Part shown: piece after piece, positions 15,737-25,422 of the stretch
Position numbering within the stretch: position 1 is the stretch's first letter
Layout of the letters: each line of letters starts with the position of its first letter
From: a virus
Lineage: Duplodnaviria > Caudoviricetes
Length of the DNA stretch: 40,298 bases
IMG/VR virus record: IMGVR_UViG_3300017700_000514
Coordinates: 1-40,298 of that record
Strand: one strand, 5' to 3'
Made by a program: the position numbers and the translations under genes
Notes under the pieces: model-generated
What the model saw: only the letters and a program-made list of their open reading frames with translations
Told to the model about the DNA's origin: nothing
Database searches by the model: none

Positions 15737-17380
15737 ATGACTTCCGAGATCTGCGCCGACATCCTTCGTGACCAGTCGGCGATGGAGTCTCAGCGCTTCA
15801 ATTTCGACACCACGAACCAGCGTATCGCCGACCTGATCTGGCCGGCGTCCTCACTGTTCTTGCAGACCGACACGGTGCAGGGTCAGCGGCGCGACCAGTT
15901 CACCTTCGACAGCACCGGCTCGCTGGCGTTGGGGCGGTTCGCTGCAGCGGTGGAGTCGATACTGACGCCGCGCACGCAGCGCTGGCACACGCTGTCCGCG
16001 CACGACGACAAGCTGGACAAGATGCCGCGCGTGCGCCGGTACTGCGAGGCCTGGACCGACATCTTGTTCAAGGCTCGCTATTCGCCGCGCTCGGGTTTCA
16101 CCTACGCCAGCGGCGAGACTTACATGTCGCTGGGTGCATTCGGCAACGGCTGCATCTTCCTGGATGAGCAGATCGGCCAGGACTTGCGTTACCGCTCGCT
16201 GTTCGTGGGCGAAATCTGGTTCGGCACCGACTTCAGCGGTCGCATCGATCGCGTGCACCGCAAGCTCAACCTCAATGCTCGCCAGGCGCGCGCGCAGTTC
16301 GGCAACAAGCTGAGCGAGCGCATCACCAAGGCGGCGGAGAAGACGCCCGAGCAGGAGTTCCAGTTCATCCACTGCGTGAAGCCGCGCCGCGACTATGACT
16401 CGGGGCGCAAGGACTACCGTGGCATGCCGTGGGCCTCGTACTACGTGGAGGCCACCGACAACAGCTTGGTCAGCGAGGGCGGTTATCGCACCTTGCCGTA
16501 CCTACCGAGTCGCTTCACCACCGCTCCGCGCGAGGTGTACGGCCGTGGTCCGGCGTCGATGGTGCTGCCCACGCTGAACACGATCAACGAACAGGCCAAG
16601 ACCTTGCTGCGCGCCGGCCAGCGTGCGGTCGATCCGCCGATCATGACGGTGGACGACGATGCGCTGGAGACCTTCAACCTGAAGTCCAGCGCGATCAACC
16701 GCGGGTTCCTCGGCCCGAACGGCGAACCATTGGCGGTGCCGTTCAATTCGGGCGCCCAAATCCCGCTGGGCATCGAGTTCGTGCAGGACAGCAGGCAGGT
16801 CATCAACGACGCATTCTTCGTGACGCTGTTCCAGATACTGGCGCAGCAGCCGCAGATGACGGCGACTGAAGCGCTGCTGCGCGCGCAAGAAAAAGGCGAA
16901 CTGCTGGGCCCGAGCGTGGGCCGGCAGCAGACCGAACTGCTGGATCCGATGATCGAGCGCGAGCTGGACCTGCTGGGCCATGTGCCTGGCCTGGGGCCGG
17001 AGATGCCACCCGAGCTGATGGAAGCCGGCGGCATGCTGTCGATCAGCTACACCAGCCCACTGGATCGGATGCAGCGCGCAGGTGATGGCGCGGCGATGTT
17101 GCGCTGGCTGGAGTCCGTGATTCCCGCTGCGCAGATCAAGCCGGAAGTGCTGAACCCGGTGAACTGGGCGGCCTTCTCGCGCGAGCTGGCGGAGATCCAG
17201 GGCGTGCCCGAGAAGGTGATGCTGGATGAGGAAGCACTGGCCGCCGCCGATCAGCAGATGGCGAGCGAGCAACAGGCCGCCCAGCTCCTGGCCGCGGCTC
17301 CGGTGGCAGGCAAGACCGCGCTTGACCTGGCCAAGGCCCAGTCCTTGGCGACGGCCGCGCCGACGGCGGGCCTGCTATGA
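15737..17380 (+). CDS. Portal (head-tail connector) protein, T7/BPP-1 type
   Basis: 547 aa; FDSTG, EVYGRGP, MTATEALLRAQEK, ISYTSPL motifs. Confidence 0.93.
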   Translation: MTSEICADILRDQSAMESQRFNFDTTNQRIADLIWPASSLFLQTDTVQGQRRDQFTFDSTGSLALGRFAAAVESILTPRTQRWHTLSAHDDKLDKMPRVRRYCEAWTDILFKARYSPRSGFTYASGETYMSLGAFGNGCIFLDEQIGQDLRYRSLFVGEIWFGTDFSGRIDRVHRKLNLNARQARAQFGNKLSERITKAAEKTPEQEFQFIHCVKPRRDYDSGRKDYRGMPWASYYVEATDNSLVSEGGYRTLPYLPSRFTTAPREVYGRGPASMVLPTLNTINEQAKTLLRAGQRAVDPPIMTVDDDALETFNLKSSAINRGFLGPNGEPLAVPFNSGAQIPLGIEFVQDSRQVINDAFFVTLFQILAQQPQMTATEALLRAQEKGELLGPSVGRQQTELLDPMIERELDLLGHVPGLGPEMPPELMEAGGMLSISYTSPLDRMQRAGDGAAMLRWLESVIPAAQIKPEVLNPVNWAAFSRELAEIQGVPEKVMLDEEALAAADQQMASEQQAAQLLAAAPVAGKTALDLAKAQSLATAAPTAGLL

Positions 17381-17682
17381 CGCAGTTCGGCGCACTCAGC
17401 GACCGCGCTCGCCGCTTCCTCAACAAGCGGCTGTCCTGGCGCGACTGCTTCATGGGTCCGGACGGCGAGCTGACCGCCGCTGGCGCTGCAGTGATCCGCA
17501 TGCTGGCCAAGCGCTGCGGCGCCTACAAGTCGAGTTTCAAAGTCTCGCCGGTCACCCGATCGGCAGACCCGGTGGCGATGGCTTATGCCGAAGGCCGCCG
17601 GGACGTATGGCTCTACATCCAGGCGATGTTGGAGCTACCTGATCGTGAAGTATTGAACGCAATTGAGGATGACCATGAGTGA
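17377..17682 (+). CDS. Bbp19-like conserved protein
   Basis: DPVAMAYAEGRRDVWLYI motif; between portal and scaffold. Confidence 0.75.
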   Translation: MTQFGALSDRARRFLNKRLSWRDCFMGPDGELTAAGAAVIRMLAKRCGAYKSSFKVSPVTRSADPVAMAYAEGRRDVWLYIQAMLELPDREVLNAIEDDHE

Positions 17683-18598
17683 CAACAACGGGTCGGCAGC
17701 AGCCGGCAACCCGGGTGCGCAAGCGTCCGGTGGAGAGGGCGCAGCCGCTGGTGCAGGTGCGGGCGCAGGTGAAGGACAGGCAGCAGCCGGTACTGGTGCA
17801 GCCGCCAACGCGCCGTGGTACGGAAGTGTCGCCGACGCGGAACTGAAAGGCTTCGCAGAACTGAAGGGCTGGGATTCGCCCGACAAAGCCATCGAGTCGT
17901 ACCGCAACCTGGAAAAGTTCCAGGGCGTGCCGGCTGATCGCCTGCTGAAGATCCCCGAAGCCGGCGACGTTGACGGCATGAAAGCCATCAACGAGAAGTT
18001 CGGCTGGGCGCCACCGGCCAAGCCGGAGGATTACGCACTGCCGGTGCCCGAGGGAATGCAGGACACCTTCGCCAAAGTGGCATCGGCCGAGTTCCACAAG
18101 CTGGGCGTGCCGAAGGACATGGCAGTCAAGATTGCCGAGTTCGCCAATGCGTTCACGCTGACGCAGATGGAAGCCGAGAACACCGCCATCAACACGCAGC
18201 ACAACAGCGAGTTGGCAGCGCTGAAGACCGAATGGGGCGCGAACTTCGATCCACTTGTCGAAACCGGCAAGCGGGCAATCGCGGAATACATGCCGAAGAC
18301 GGGACTCACCGACGCCGACATGGACGCCCTGCGCGACACGCTGGGCACGGCGAAGTTCAACAAGCTGTGGGCCGGCATCGGCTCGACCATGGGTGAAGCT
18401 GCCTTTGTCGATGGCGCCAGCGTCGCCGCTCCCGGACAGATGACGCCAGAAGCTGCGCTCGTACGCCGCGGTCAACTGACCAATGACGCCGAGTGGTTCA
18501 AGCGCTTCCAGGCCGGCGACATGAAAGCCGTCAACGAGTGGAACGCAGTCACCAGCGTGCTCAACCACGCGGCCGCCAACACCGGCCAAGTCCGCTAA
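17675..18598 (+). CDS. Capsid scaffolding protein
   Basis: Gly/Ala-rich N-terminus, SYRNLEK, PEDY, LKTEWGANFD; directly before the capsid gene. Confidence 0.8.
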   Translation: MSDNNGSAAAGNPGAQASGGEGAAAGAGAGAGEGQAAAGTGAAANAPWYGSVADAELKGFAELKGWDSPDKAIESYRNLEKFQGVPADRLLKIPEAGDVDGMKAINEKFGWAPPAKPEDYALPVPEGMQDTFAKVASAEFHKLGVPKDMAVKIAEFANAFTLTQMEAENTAINTQHNSELAALKTEWGANFDPLVETGKRAIAEYMPKTGLTDADMDALRDTLGTAKFNKLWAGIGSTMGEAAFVDGASVAAPGQMTPEAALVRRGQLTNDAEWFKRFQAGDMKAVNEWNAVTSVLNHAAANTGQVR

Positions 18599-18621
18599 AG
18601 CAACACCGTTTCAAAGACACG

Positions 18622-18651
18622 AAGCCCGGCCATGTGCCGGGCTTTTTGTTT
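18622..18651 (+). terminator. Intrinsic terminator after scaffold gene
   Basis: AAGCCCGGC-CATGT-GCCGGGCTT followed by TTTGTTT. Confidence 0.75.
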
Positions 18652-18653
18652 GC

Positions 18654-18756
18654 CAGCCGATAACCCGAGAGGGCCGGCTGACGGCGTGAAAGAACGCCCT
18701 GTGCTGCAGAGGCATTGCAGTACGCCAAGAGGTTCCGGTCTACCGGGGAAGCCTTG
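18654..18756 (+). ncRNA. Candidate structured cis-regulatory leader of the capsid gene
   Basis: Four consecutive hairpins visible by eye in a 200-bp intergenic gap. Confidence 0.45.
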
Positions 18757-18800
18757 AAGCGAATCGATGAACCAATCCTTTCATTCAAGAGACCACTCCC

Positions 18801-19712
18801 ATGACCATATTCGCACCCACCTTCTACGCGCAGCAGTTCGCAAGCACTGTCGCGCTGCTGGCCCAGCAGAAAACCACCCGCTTGCAGCAGGCCGTCACGG
18901 TCGGTACTGGGCACTATGGCGAGCAAGCCAGCCCGGTCGATCAGGTCGGCCTCATCGAAGCCAACGAGAACACTGAGCGCTTCGCACCGATGCCCCGCAC
19001 CGATGCTCCGACGGATCGCCGCTGGGTCCTGCCGCGCACCTGGGACATCAACCAGAACTACGACAAGAACGACCTGATCCGCCAGATCACCGATCCGCGT
19101 TCGGCACTCGCGCAGGCCGCATTGGCCGGCATGGGTCGCCGCAAGGACCTCACGATCCTGGACGGCCTGCTCAACACCAACCAGACCGGCAAGTCCGGCA
19201 CCACGGCGACCAGCTTCCTGGCCACCAACGTGGTGGGCGTCAACACCGGTGGCGCCGCTTCCCGCTTGAACGTCGCGAAGATCCGTGCCGCCAAGCAGTT
19301 GCTGATGGCCAACGACGTGGACGTAATGGAGGAAGAGCTGTTCTTCGTCATCGATTCGCGCGCACACGACGCCCTGCTGGCCGAAGTGCAGATCACCAGC
19401 AAGGACTACAACGAAGCCCGCGATGGCAAGCCGGTCCTGATGGATGGCGTGATCGATCGGTTCTTCGGCTTCAAGTTCATCTGGACCGAGCGTCTGCTGG
19501 CCTACAACGGCACCGACGATGCGGCCGGCACCTCCACTCCCTGCGTGGCTTTCGCCAAGTCCGGTGCCTACCTGGGCATCTGGAAGGACGTGAACACCCG
19601 CATCGACGAGCGTACCGACCTGCGCGGCATTCCGTGGCAGCTCTACACCGACGCCACCTTCGGTGCGACCCGCATCGAGGAAAAGAAGGTCGTCAAGGTC
19701 TGGAGCCGCTGA
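18801..19712 (+). CDS. Major capsid protein
   Basis: 303 aa; QQFASTVALLAQQKTTRL, AGMGRRKD, EVQITSKDYN, FFGFKFI, FGATRIEEKKVV. Confidence 0.9.
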   Translation: MTIFAPTFYAQQFASTVALLAQQKTTRLQQAVTVGTGHYGEQASPVDQVGLIEANENTERFAPMPRTDAPTDRRWVLPRTWDINQNYDKNDLIRQITDPRSALAQAALAGMGRRKDLTILDGLLNTNQTGKSGTTATSFLATNVVGVNTGGAASRLNVAKIRAAKQLLMANDVDVMEEELFFVIDSRAHDALLAEVQITSKDYNEARDGKPVLMDGVIDRFFGFKFIWTERLLAYNGTDDAAGTSTPCVAFAKSGAYLGIWKDVNTRIDERTDLRGIPWQLYTDATFGATRIEEKKVVKVWSR

Positions 19713-19726
19713 TCCAACTGATTCAC

Positions 19727-19758
19727 CGCCCGGCCTAACCCGCCGGGCGTTCCTTTTT
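19727..19758 (+). terminator. Intrinsic terminator after capsid gene
   Basis: CGCCCGGC-CTAACCC-GCCGGGCG followed by TTCCTTTTT. Confidence 0.7.
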
Positions 19759-19777
19759 CAATTTTCGGAGAAACATC

Positions 19778-20266
19778 ATGGCAGTCGTAAACCTCAAAGC
19801 CGCGCAGATCACTGCGGCGGACGCTGGCCAGTTGGTCAACGCCGCCCAGGCTGGCGGTCAAGTCGAATCCTTCGTCGGCATCACCGCGCTGGCCAACGGC
19901 GATTCCATCGCCTCCACCTACCGTCTGGCACGTATCCCTTCCAACGCCCGCATGTCGGCGCTGTCCGTGTTCTGCACGGCCATCACCAGCGGCGCGGCAG
20001 ACGTGGGCCTGTACCAGACGGCAGCCAATGGCGGCGCAGTGGTCGATGCGGACTTCTTCATCGCCGCGCAGACCATCGCCGCCGCTTCCCCGGGCCTCAA
20101 CGTGATCGGCGGCAACCTCCTGGCGCCGGCCAACCGCGAGAAGCGCATCTGGGAAGCTCTGGGTCTGGCCGCCGATCCGCTGCGCAACTACGACGTTGTG
20201 CTGACTCTGACTGCGGCGACCACTGCGGCAGGCACGGCCGGCATCGAAGGCACGTACACGATCTGA
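19778..20266 (+). CDS. Capsid cement/decoration protein
   Basis: 162 aa; Ala/Gly/Thr-rich, beta-type; immediately after the capsid gene. Confidence 0.7.
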   Translation: MAVVNLKAAQITAADAGQLVNAAQAGGQVESFVGITALANGDSIASTYRLARIPSNARMSALSVFCTAITSGAADVGLYQTAANGGAVVDADFFIAAQTIAAASPGLNVIGGNLLAPANREKRIWEALGLAADPLRNYDVVLTLTAATTAAGTAGIEGTYTI

Positions 20267-20287
20267 TCCTTCCTCGCAGTGCCCTTT

Positions 20288-20315
20288 GAGCCCGGCTAAC
20301 CCCGGGCTCTTTTTT
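20288..20315 (+). terminator. Intrinsic terminator
   Basis: GAGCCCGG-CTAACC-CCGGGCTC followed by TTTTTT. Confidence 0.8.
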
Positions 20316-20325
20316 GGAGAACGAA

Positions 20326-20520
20326 ATGGCAGACCGTTGGTTCAACGTCCCGCTTGGCGGCGACTTGGCTGAAAACGTGACGGAAGGTGCGGCCGATACG
20401 GCACAGTTCCTCGCCGTGCGCGTGACCTACGATGCGACCGGCAACAGCAAGTTGGAGGCGGTGAAGTGCCTCGAAGCCGCGCGCATGTACATCCTGCAAG
20501 ACACCTGGCCGCCGGTGTAA
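20326..20520 (+). CDS. Small structural-module protein
   Basis: 64 aa from MADRWFNV; GGAG RBS. Confidence 0.7.
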   Translation: MADRWFNVPLGGDLAENVTEGAADTAQFLAVRVTYDATGNSKLEAVKCLEAARMYILQDTWPPV

Positions 20521-20524
20521 GGCC

Positions 20525-20821
20525 ATGAACAGCGCAGGCGTAACGCTACTCACCAATGCCGCGGCAACCGGTACAGGCCAGTCCTGGCCCGGCGGCCGCG
20601 GCTTGTTCGTGGCCCTGGCCACCTTCGGCGGCGGATCGGTGGGGCTGGAGTTCCTCGGCCCTGATAGCACGACCTGGCTTCCCTGCCAGAGCGTGGCTGG
20701 CGCAGCCGTCACCCTGACTGCAGCAGGCAGCGTGCTGTTCGAACAGCCGCCCGGTTTGCTGCGCGCCTCGGTCGTCACCGCGACTGCCGTCTTCGCACGC
20801 GCCGACCGCATTCCGTCCTGA
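20525..20821 (+). CDS. Small beta-rich virion protein (decoration/fibre-like)
   Basis: 98 aa; ATFGGGSVGLEF.GPD..TW pattern. Confidence 0.7.
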   Translation: MNSAGVTLLTNAAATGTGQSWPGGRGLFVALATFGGGSVGLEFLGPDSTTWLPCQSVAGAAVTLTAAGSVLFEQPPGLLRASVVTATAVFARADRIPS

Positions 20822-20822
20822 C

Positions 20823-21458
20823 ATGGCGAGCCAAACCGAGTGGGCCAACCGGGCGTTGATCAAGCTCGGCGGATTGCCGTGCATCAACATCACCGACAAC
20901 TCCAAGCCGGCACGCACGTTGAACGGCATGTTCAACATCGTTTTGGCCGCCGAGTTGCGGGCGCGGAAATGGTCGTTCTCCATCAAGCGCGCCAATCTGG
21001 CGGCCGACGTGGCGATTCCCACTTTCGGTTACGGCGCGCAGTACACGCTGCCCACCGATTGCCTGCGCGTGCTGTCGATTTTCACCTTCGACATCGGCCC
21101 GGACCAGTCGGACTACCGCACGGGCGGCAGCAGTTCTTCGGTATTCACCATCGAGGGCCGGAAGATACTGTACGGCCGTCCATTCCCAGGCGGCCCGCCA
21201 GCAAGCGAAGAGATGCCGCTGCGGTATATCGCCAATATCGCCGATACCACACTGTGGGATCCGACATTCGGTGAAGCCTTCGCCTGCCGACTGGCGGCCG
21301 AAGCGGCTGAGACCCTGACCCAGTCCAGCGACAAGCGCCGCATGGCGTGGCAGGAATACAGCCAGGCCATAGGGGCGGCCAAGCGCGCCAACGCAATAGA
21401 GTTGCCCTCGGACTCAATCAGCGACGACACGTGGATCACGGGGCGTCTGCGTGGGTAA
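20823..21458 (+). CDS. Tail tubular protein A (adaptor, T7 gp11-like)
   Basis: NRALIKLG, WSFSIKRANL, QYTLPTDCLRV, WDPTFGEAFACRLA. Confidence 0.88.
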   Translation: MASQTEWANRALIKLGGLPCINITDNSKPARTLNGMFNIVLAAELRARKWSFSIKRANLAADVAIPTFGYGAQYTLPTDCLRVLSIFTFDIGPDQSDYRTGGSSSSVFTIEGRKILYGRPFPGGPPASEEMPLRYIANIADTTLWDPTFGEAFACRLAAEAAETLTQSSDKRRMAWQEYSQAIGAAKRANAIELPSDSISDDTWITGRLRG

Positions 21459-24051
21459 TTCGGTCGCGCCTGCGCAAACCAGCTTCAACGCGGGCTGGTT
21501 GTCTCCGCTGTGGGGCGGGCGCATCGACATGGCCAAGTACGGCAATGGCAGCTACGGCATGGACAACTTCCTGCCTATGCCGCAGGGCCCAGCGCGGCGC
21601 CGCTCGGGCACGCGCTTCACTTCCCCCACGAAGGCGATGACTGATCGCTCCTGGATGGGGAAGTTTATCTATTCCGAAGACGACAGCTACATTATCGAAA
21701 TCGGCGACGGCTACATGCGGTTCTACACCGACAACGGGCAGTTGCTGCTGAGTGGTGCGCCGACGGCATGGTCGGCCGCAACCAACTACGTGCAAGGCGA
21801 TTTGGTCAGCCGGCTGGGCGTGAACTATTACTGCAAGGTGGCGCACATCAACCAGCAGCCGCCGAATGCGACGTACTGGCATCCGTTGACTGGCAACGTC
21901 TATGAGATCAGCAGCCCGTATGCCATTGGCGACCTGACCAACAGCGATGGCACATTCCGCATCGACATGGAACAGACCGGCGATGTGATCTTCATGACGC
22001 ATCCCAGCTACCCACCGAAGAAACTATCTCGGCTCGGGGGCACCAACTGGACCATCACCGACTGCGCTTTTACCAATGGGCCATTCCAGGACGTGGACCC
22101 GGATCAGACCGTCACCGTGTACGCCAGCGCGGCGACGGGCGCCGGCATTACGTTGACCGCTTCCAGTTCGATCTTCACTGCCGCCAAGGTGGGCACGCTG
22201 TTCCTGCTAGAACAGAAAAAGGTCGATAGCTATAAAGTATGGGAGCCGGCCAAGGCAATCGTCGCAACGAACGAGCGCCGCAGCGATTCCAACGTGTACC
22301 GCGCGCTCAACGCTGCTACCACCGGCACGGTCAAGCCCACCCACCGAGAAGGCGCCAAGTTCGACGGCGACACAGGTGTGCAGTGGCAGTACGTGCATTC
22401 TGGATACGGCATTGCCCGTATTACCGCAGTGGCCGGCACCACTGCCACGGCGACAGTCATCAGCGAGTTGCCCAGCGATTGCGTCGGCGCTCCGAACGCC
22501 TCTACCAAGTGGGCCTTTGCTTCCTGGGACTCGGCGCTTGGCTATCCCTCCCTGGTCACCATCCACCGCGAGCGTTTGACTTTCCTGCGTGGGCAGGAGG
22601 TGTGGGGCAGCGTGACCGGCGATTTGGAGAACATGGCATCGCGCGATGGCGCCGAGACCCTTCCCGACAGCGCATACCACATCACTATCGGCAGCTCGGA
22701 GACCAACGCTGGCGTATGGATGATTCCCTCCGATGCGCTGCTGATCGGCACGCGCGGCGCGGAGTTCAGCGTCTCGGAGGTCACCAGCTCAGACGTGTTC
22801 GGTCCGGGCAATATCAAGGCGTCGCAGGAGTCTGGCTACGGATCGCGCCAGGTGCCGCCAGCCCGTATCGGCGACTCAACCATCTTCTGGCAGCCGACTG
22901 GCCGTCGTGCGCGCGACATGCGCTATTCCTTCAATGCCAACGGCTACGACGCCAACGATCTGATGGTGCTGTCCGACCACATCGCGCGCGGGCAGGTGAT
23001 CCAGCACGATTTCGCACTGGAACCGCATTCGATCATGTGGGCTTGCTGCAACAACGGCGACCTGATCGCGCTGACCTACCTACTGGAACAGGATGTGTTG
23101 GGCTGGCATCCGCACACCGTTGGCGGCGGCACGGGCGAGCAGGGAATGGTCGAGTCGGTACAGGTCATTCCTTCACCGGACGGCACGCACGACCAGGTCT
23201 GGCTGCAGGTCTATCGCGTCATCAATGGCGTGCCGACTCGCTATATCGAGTATATGGAAAAAGACTGGCTGGCCGATGAGACCGACCTGTCAGAAGCGGT
23301 GTTCTCCGATTGCGCCGCCACGTTCAACGGATTTCTGCCGGGCGCCACTGGCATGATTACTGGCGGAGTGACGTGGGCGCCGGGTGAAACCGGGCAAGTC
23401 GATCTGAGCTTTACACCGGTGGCCAGCGATATCGGCGACTACCTGGTGCTGGTCGCTGCCAATGGCGAGCAGGCCATCGTGCAGGTCGATAGCGCAACCG
23501 ATCCGGCCAACGTGACCTTCATCACTCGCATTCCGGTTTCGTTGCAGAACGTGCTGTCCACCAACGTGAGCTGGGCTCGCGACGACATCACCGGCCTGGG
23601 TTATCTGGAAGGCGAAGAGGTCACCATTCTGGCCGATGGCGCCGCTCACCCGCGCCGCACGGTGACTGGCGGGCAGATCACCCTGCAGAACCGTTACGTG
23701 CTGGTGCAGATCGGTCTGCCGTGCGATGCGCACATCGAAACCATGCGCATCGAAGGCGGAAGCGCAAATGGCACCTCGCAAGGAAAGATGAAGCGCGTGC
23801 ACGGCGTGACCTTCCGCGTGCATGAATCGCTGGGCGGCTCCTTTGGCCCTGAGGGCGGAGTGGATGACTTCCAGTACCGCGACGACACCGATGCAATGAA
23901 TCAGCCACCACCGATTCACACCGGCGATTTCTACGAAGCCTATCCGGACAGCTACAACACCGCCGCCCGTGTGCGTGTGGAATGCACGCAGCCGCTTCCA
24001 TTCACGCTTGTGGCGCTGTTCCCGCGCCTGGTTGTGGAGGATCGGACGTGA
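21451..24051 (+). CDS. Tail tubular protein B (nozzle, T7 gp12-like)
   Basis: SFNAGWLSP, NFLPMPQGPARRRSGTRF, GYPS...RL, WHPH, LEGEEVTILADG, QPLPFTL. Confidence 0.9.
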   Translation: MGNSVAPAQTSFNAGWLSPLWGGRIDMAKYGNGSYGMDNFLPMPQGPARRRSGTRFTSPTKAMTDRSWMGKFIYSEDDSYIIEIGDGYMRFYTDNGQLLLSGAPTAWSAATNYVQGDLVSRLGVNYYCKVAHINQQPPNATYWHPLTGNVYEISSPYAIGDLTNSDGTFRIDMEQTGDVIFMTHPSYPPKKLSRLGGTNWTITDCAFTNGPFQDVDPDQTVTVYASAATGAGITLTASSSIFTAAKVGTLFLLEQKKVDSYKVWEPAKAIVATNERRSDSNVYRALNAATTGTVKPTHREGAKFDGDTGVQWQYVHSGYGIARITAVAGTTATATVISELPSDCVGAPNASTKWAFASWDSALGYPSLVTIHRERLTFLRGQEVWGSVTGDLENMASRDGAETLPDSAYHITIGSSETNAGVWMIPSDALLIGTRGAEFSVSEVTSSDVFGPGNIKASQESGYGSRQVPPARIGDSTIFWQPTGRRARDMRYSFNANGYDANDLMVLSDHIARGQVIQHDFALEPHSIMWACCNNGDLIALTYLLEQDVLGWHPHTVGGGTGEQGMVESVQVIPSPDGTHDQVWLQVYRVINGVPTRYIEYMEKDWLADETDLSEAVFSDCAATFNGFLPGATGMITGGVTWAPGETGQVDLSFTPVASDIGDYLVLVAANGEQAIVQVDSATDPANVTFITRIPVSLQNVLSTNVSWARDDITGLGYLEGEEVTILADGAAHPRRTVTGGQITLQNRYVLVQIGLPCDAHIETMRIEGGSANGTSQGKMKRVHGVTFRVHESLGGSFGPEGGVDDFQYRDDTDAMNQPPPIHTGDFYEAYPDSYNTAARVRVECTQPLPFTLVALFPRLVVEDRT

Positions 24052-24329
24052 ACAGCTTGATGGTCAGCCTGCGCAATGAGAACGGGGGGCTCCGTGGCTT
24101 GACTGGCTCGGGTGAGCCGGGGCTCGCCACTCTGCTGGGCGGCACGTCGCCGGAACTGGGGGCTGGCGATTACACGACAACCGGCGGCCCAGGGCAGACC
24201 TCATCTGCAGCGCGACTTGCCCGCGCAGCGCGTGACGTTCGGCTGGCGGCGGTGGCTTCTGGTCGGACAGAGTTGGGCGAAGCGGGCGGGCAAGGCAGCA
24301 AGACTCCATGGGGAGGCGGGCGGAGGTGA
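24048..24329 (+). CDS. Gly-rich hypothetical protein (possible ejection protein)
   Basis: 93 aa from GTG at 24048; GGAGG RBS; GTGA overlaps on both sides. Confidence 0.55.
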   Translation: MNSLMVSLRNENGGLRGLTGSGEPGLATLLGGTSPELGAGDYTTTGGPGQTSSAARLARAARDVRLAAVASGRTELGEAGGQGSKTPWGGGRR

Positions 24330-24760
24330 TTCACTTGGTGCCGCTGACCGAACAGCATGTTCGCGATCTGACGCCGCAGGCTGAGCAGTCGTTCGAATCG
24401 ATGGAAGATCGCATTGAGTTCGCGATGGAGTACGCCGCCGCAGGCCCAGCCTACGCCGTGCTGGCGCCCTCTGGCGTGATCGGACTCGGCGGCACCGCGC
24501 AGGTATGGCCAGGCCGCGGGATTGCCTGGTCGCTGGTGTCCGACAACGCTGGCCCGTACATGGTCGCGCTCACGCGCGCGGTGCGGCGGGTGCTGGATGC
24601 CTCCGGGTGCAAGCGCCTGGAGATGTGCGTGGATGCCGAACACCCGGCCGCGATCCGCTGGGCCGAACTACTGGGCTTTGAACGAGAAACCCCGAAACCG
24701 ATGCGGGCATTTACGCCGGCCGGTCGCGCTGCTTATCTGTACGGGAGAGTTAGGGAATGA
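24326..24760 (+). CDS. GNAT-fold virion protein (T7 gp13-like)
   Basis: GIAWSL, AAIRWAELLGFERE; usual position after the nozzle gene. Confidence 0.78.
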   Translation: MIHLVPLTEQHVRDLTPQAEQSFESMEDRIEFAMEYAAAGPAYAVLAPSGVIGLGGTAQVWPGRGIAWSLVSDNAGPYMVALTRAVRRVLDASGCKRLEMCVDAEHPAAIRWAELLGFERETPKPMRAFTPAGRAAYLYGRVRE

Positions 24761-25422
24761 GCATCACCGGGGCCATCGGCGCGCTGGTACAGGGCCGCCA
24801 GGAACGCAACGCCATCGATGTGCAGCGCGACATTGAGCAATTCAACATCAAGGTCGAAAAACAGAATGCCGAACTGGTAGCGCAGCAGACCAGCGCGCGC
24901 GAAGAACAGCAGCGCCGAGAGTCTCGCCAACTCCTGGGCACCCAGCGAGCAGCCATCGGCCAGGCGGGCGTTGGCTATGGAGGCAGCAGTGCCGACATCA
25001 TCCGCCAGTCCACCACCAGCGCCGAGTTGGACTCGCTCAACGTGCGCTATGCCGGGGACCTGGAGCGCTACGGCATCTTGAACAGCATCGCCATGCGCGA
25101 GTTCAACGACGCCAACCTGAAGCATGCCGGCAAGGTCGCCATGCGCATGCGCTGGGTCAATGCGGCCTCAGCGTTCTTCGGTGGTGGCAATATCGGAAAG
25201 TCGTCCAACCCGCAAGCGTTGCCCGGCTCGGGCTCATACGGCCAGAGCGGCTTCACCACCACGCACGGCTGGGCCAGTTCGGGCATGGGCGCTTACGGCG
25301 GCATGGGCGGTGGCGGGCAGTATGGTGCCTTCACGCCCACCACGAACGTCAAGGGCTCCAATACCGCAGCATGGACCGGCGGTAGTTCGTTCGGCGCCTG
25401 GGGCCAAGGGTGGGGTGGCTGA
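24757..25422 (+). CDS. Internal virion/ejection protein (T7 gp14-like)
   Basis: LGTQRAAIGQAGVGYGGSS motif; Gly/Ser-rich C-terminus. Confidence 0.8.
   Translation: MSITGAIGALVQGRQERNAIDVQRDIEQFNIKVEKQNAELVAQQTSAREEQQRRESRQLLGTQRAAIGQAGVGYGGSSADIIRQSTTSAELDSLNVRYAGDLERYGILNSIAMREFNDANLKHAGKVAMRMRWVNAASAFFGGGNIGKSSNPQALPGSGSYGQSGFTTTHGWASSGMGAYGGMGGGGQYGAFTPTTNVKGSNTAAWTGGSSFGAWGQGWGG

Noticed and set aside
14146-15762. 538-aa antisense ORF over terL
   Set aside because: Shadow ORF from high-GC codon bias opposite a well-supported gene; no motifs.
19700-19730. Capsid stop read-through or frameshift extension
   Set aside because: A second in-frame TGA follows within three codons and a terminator lies directly downstream.
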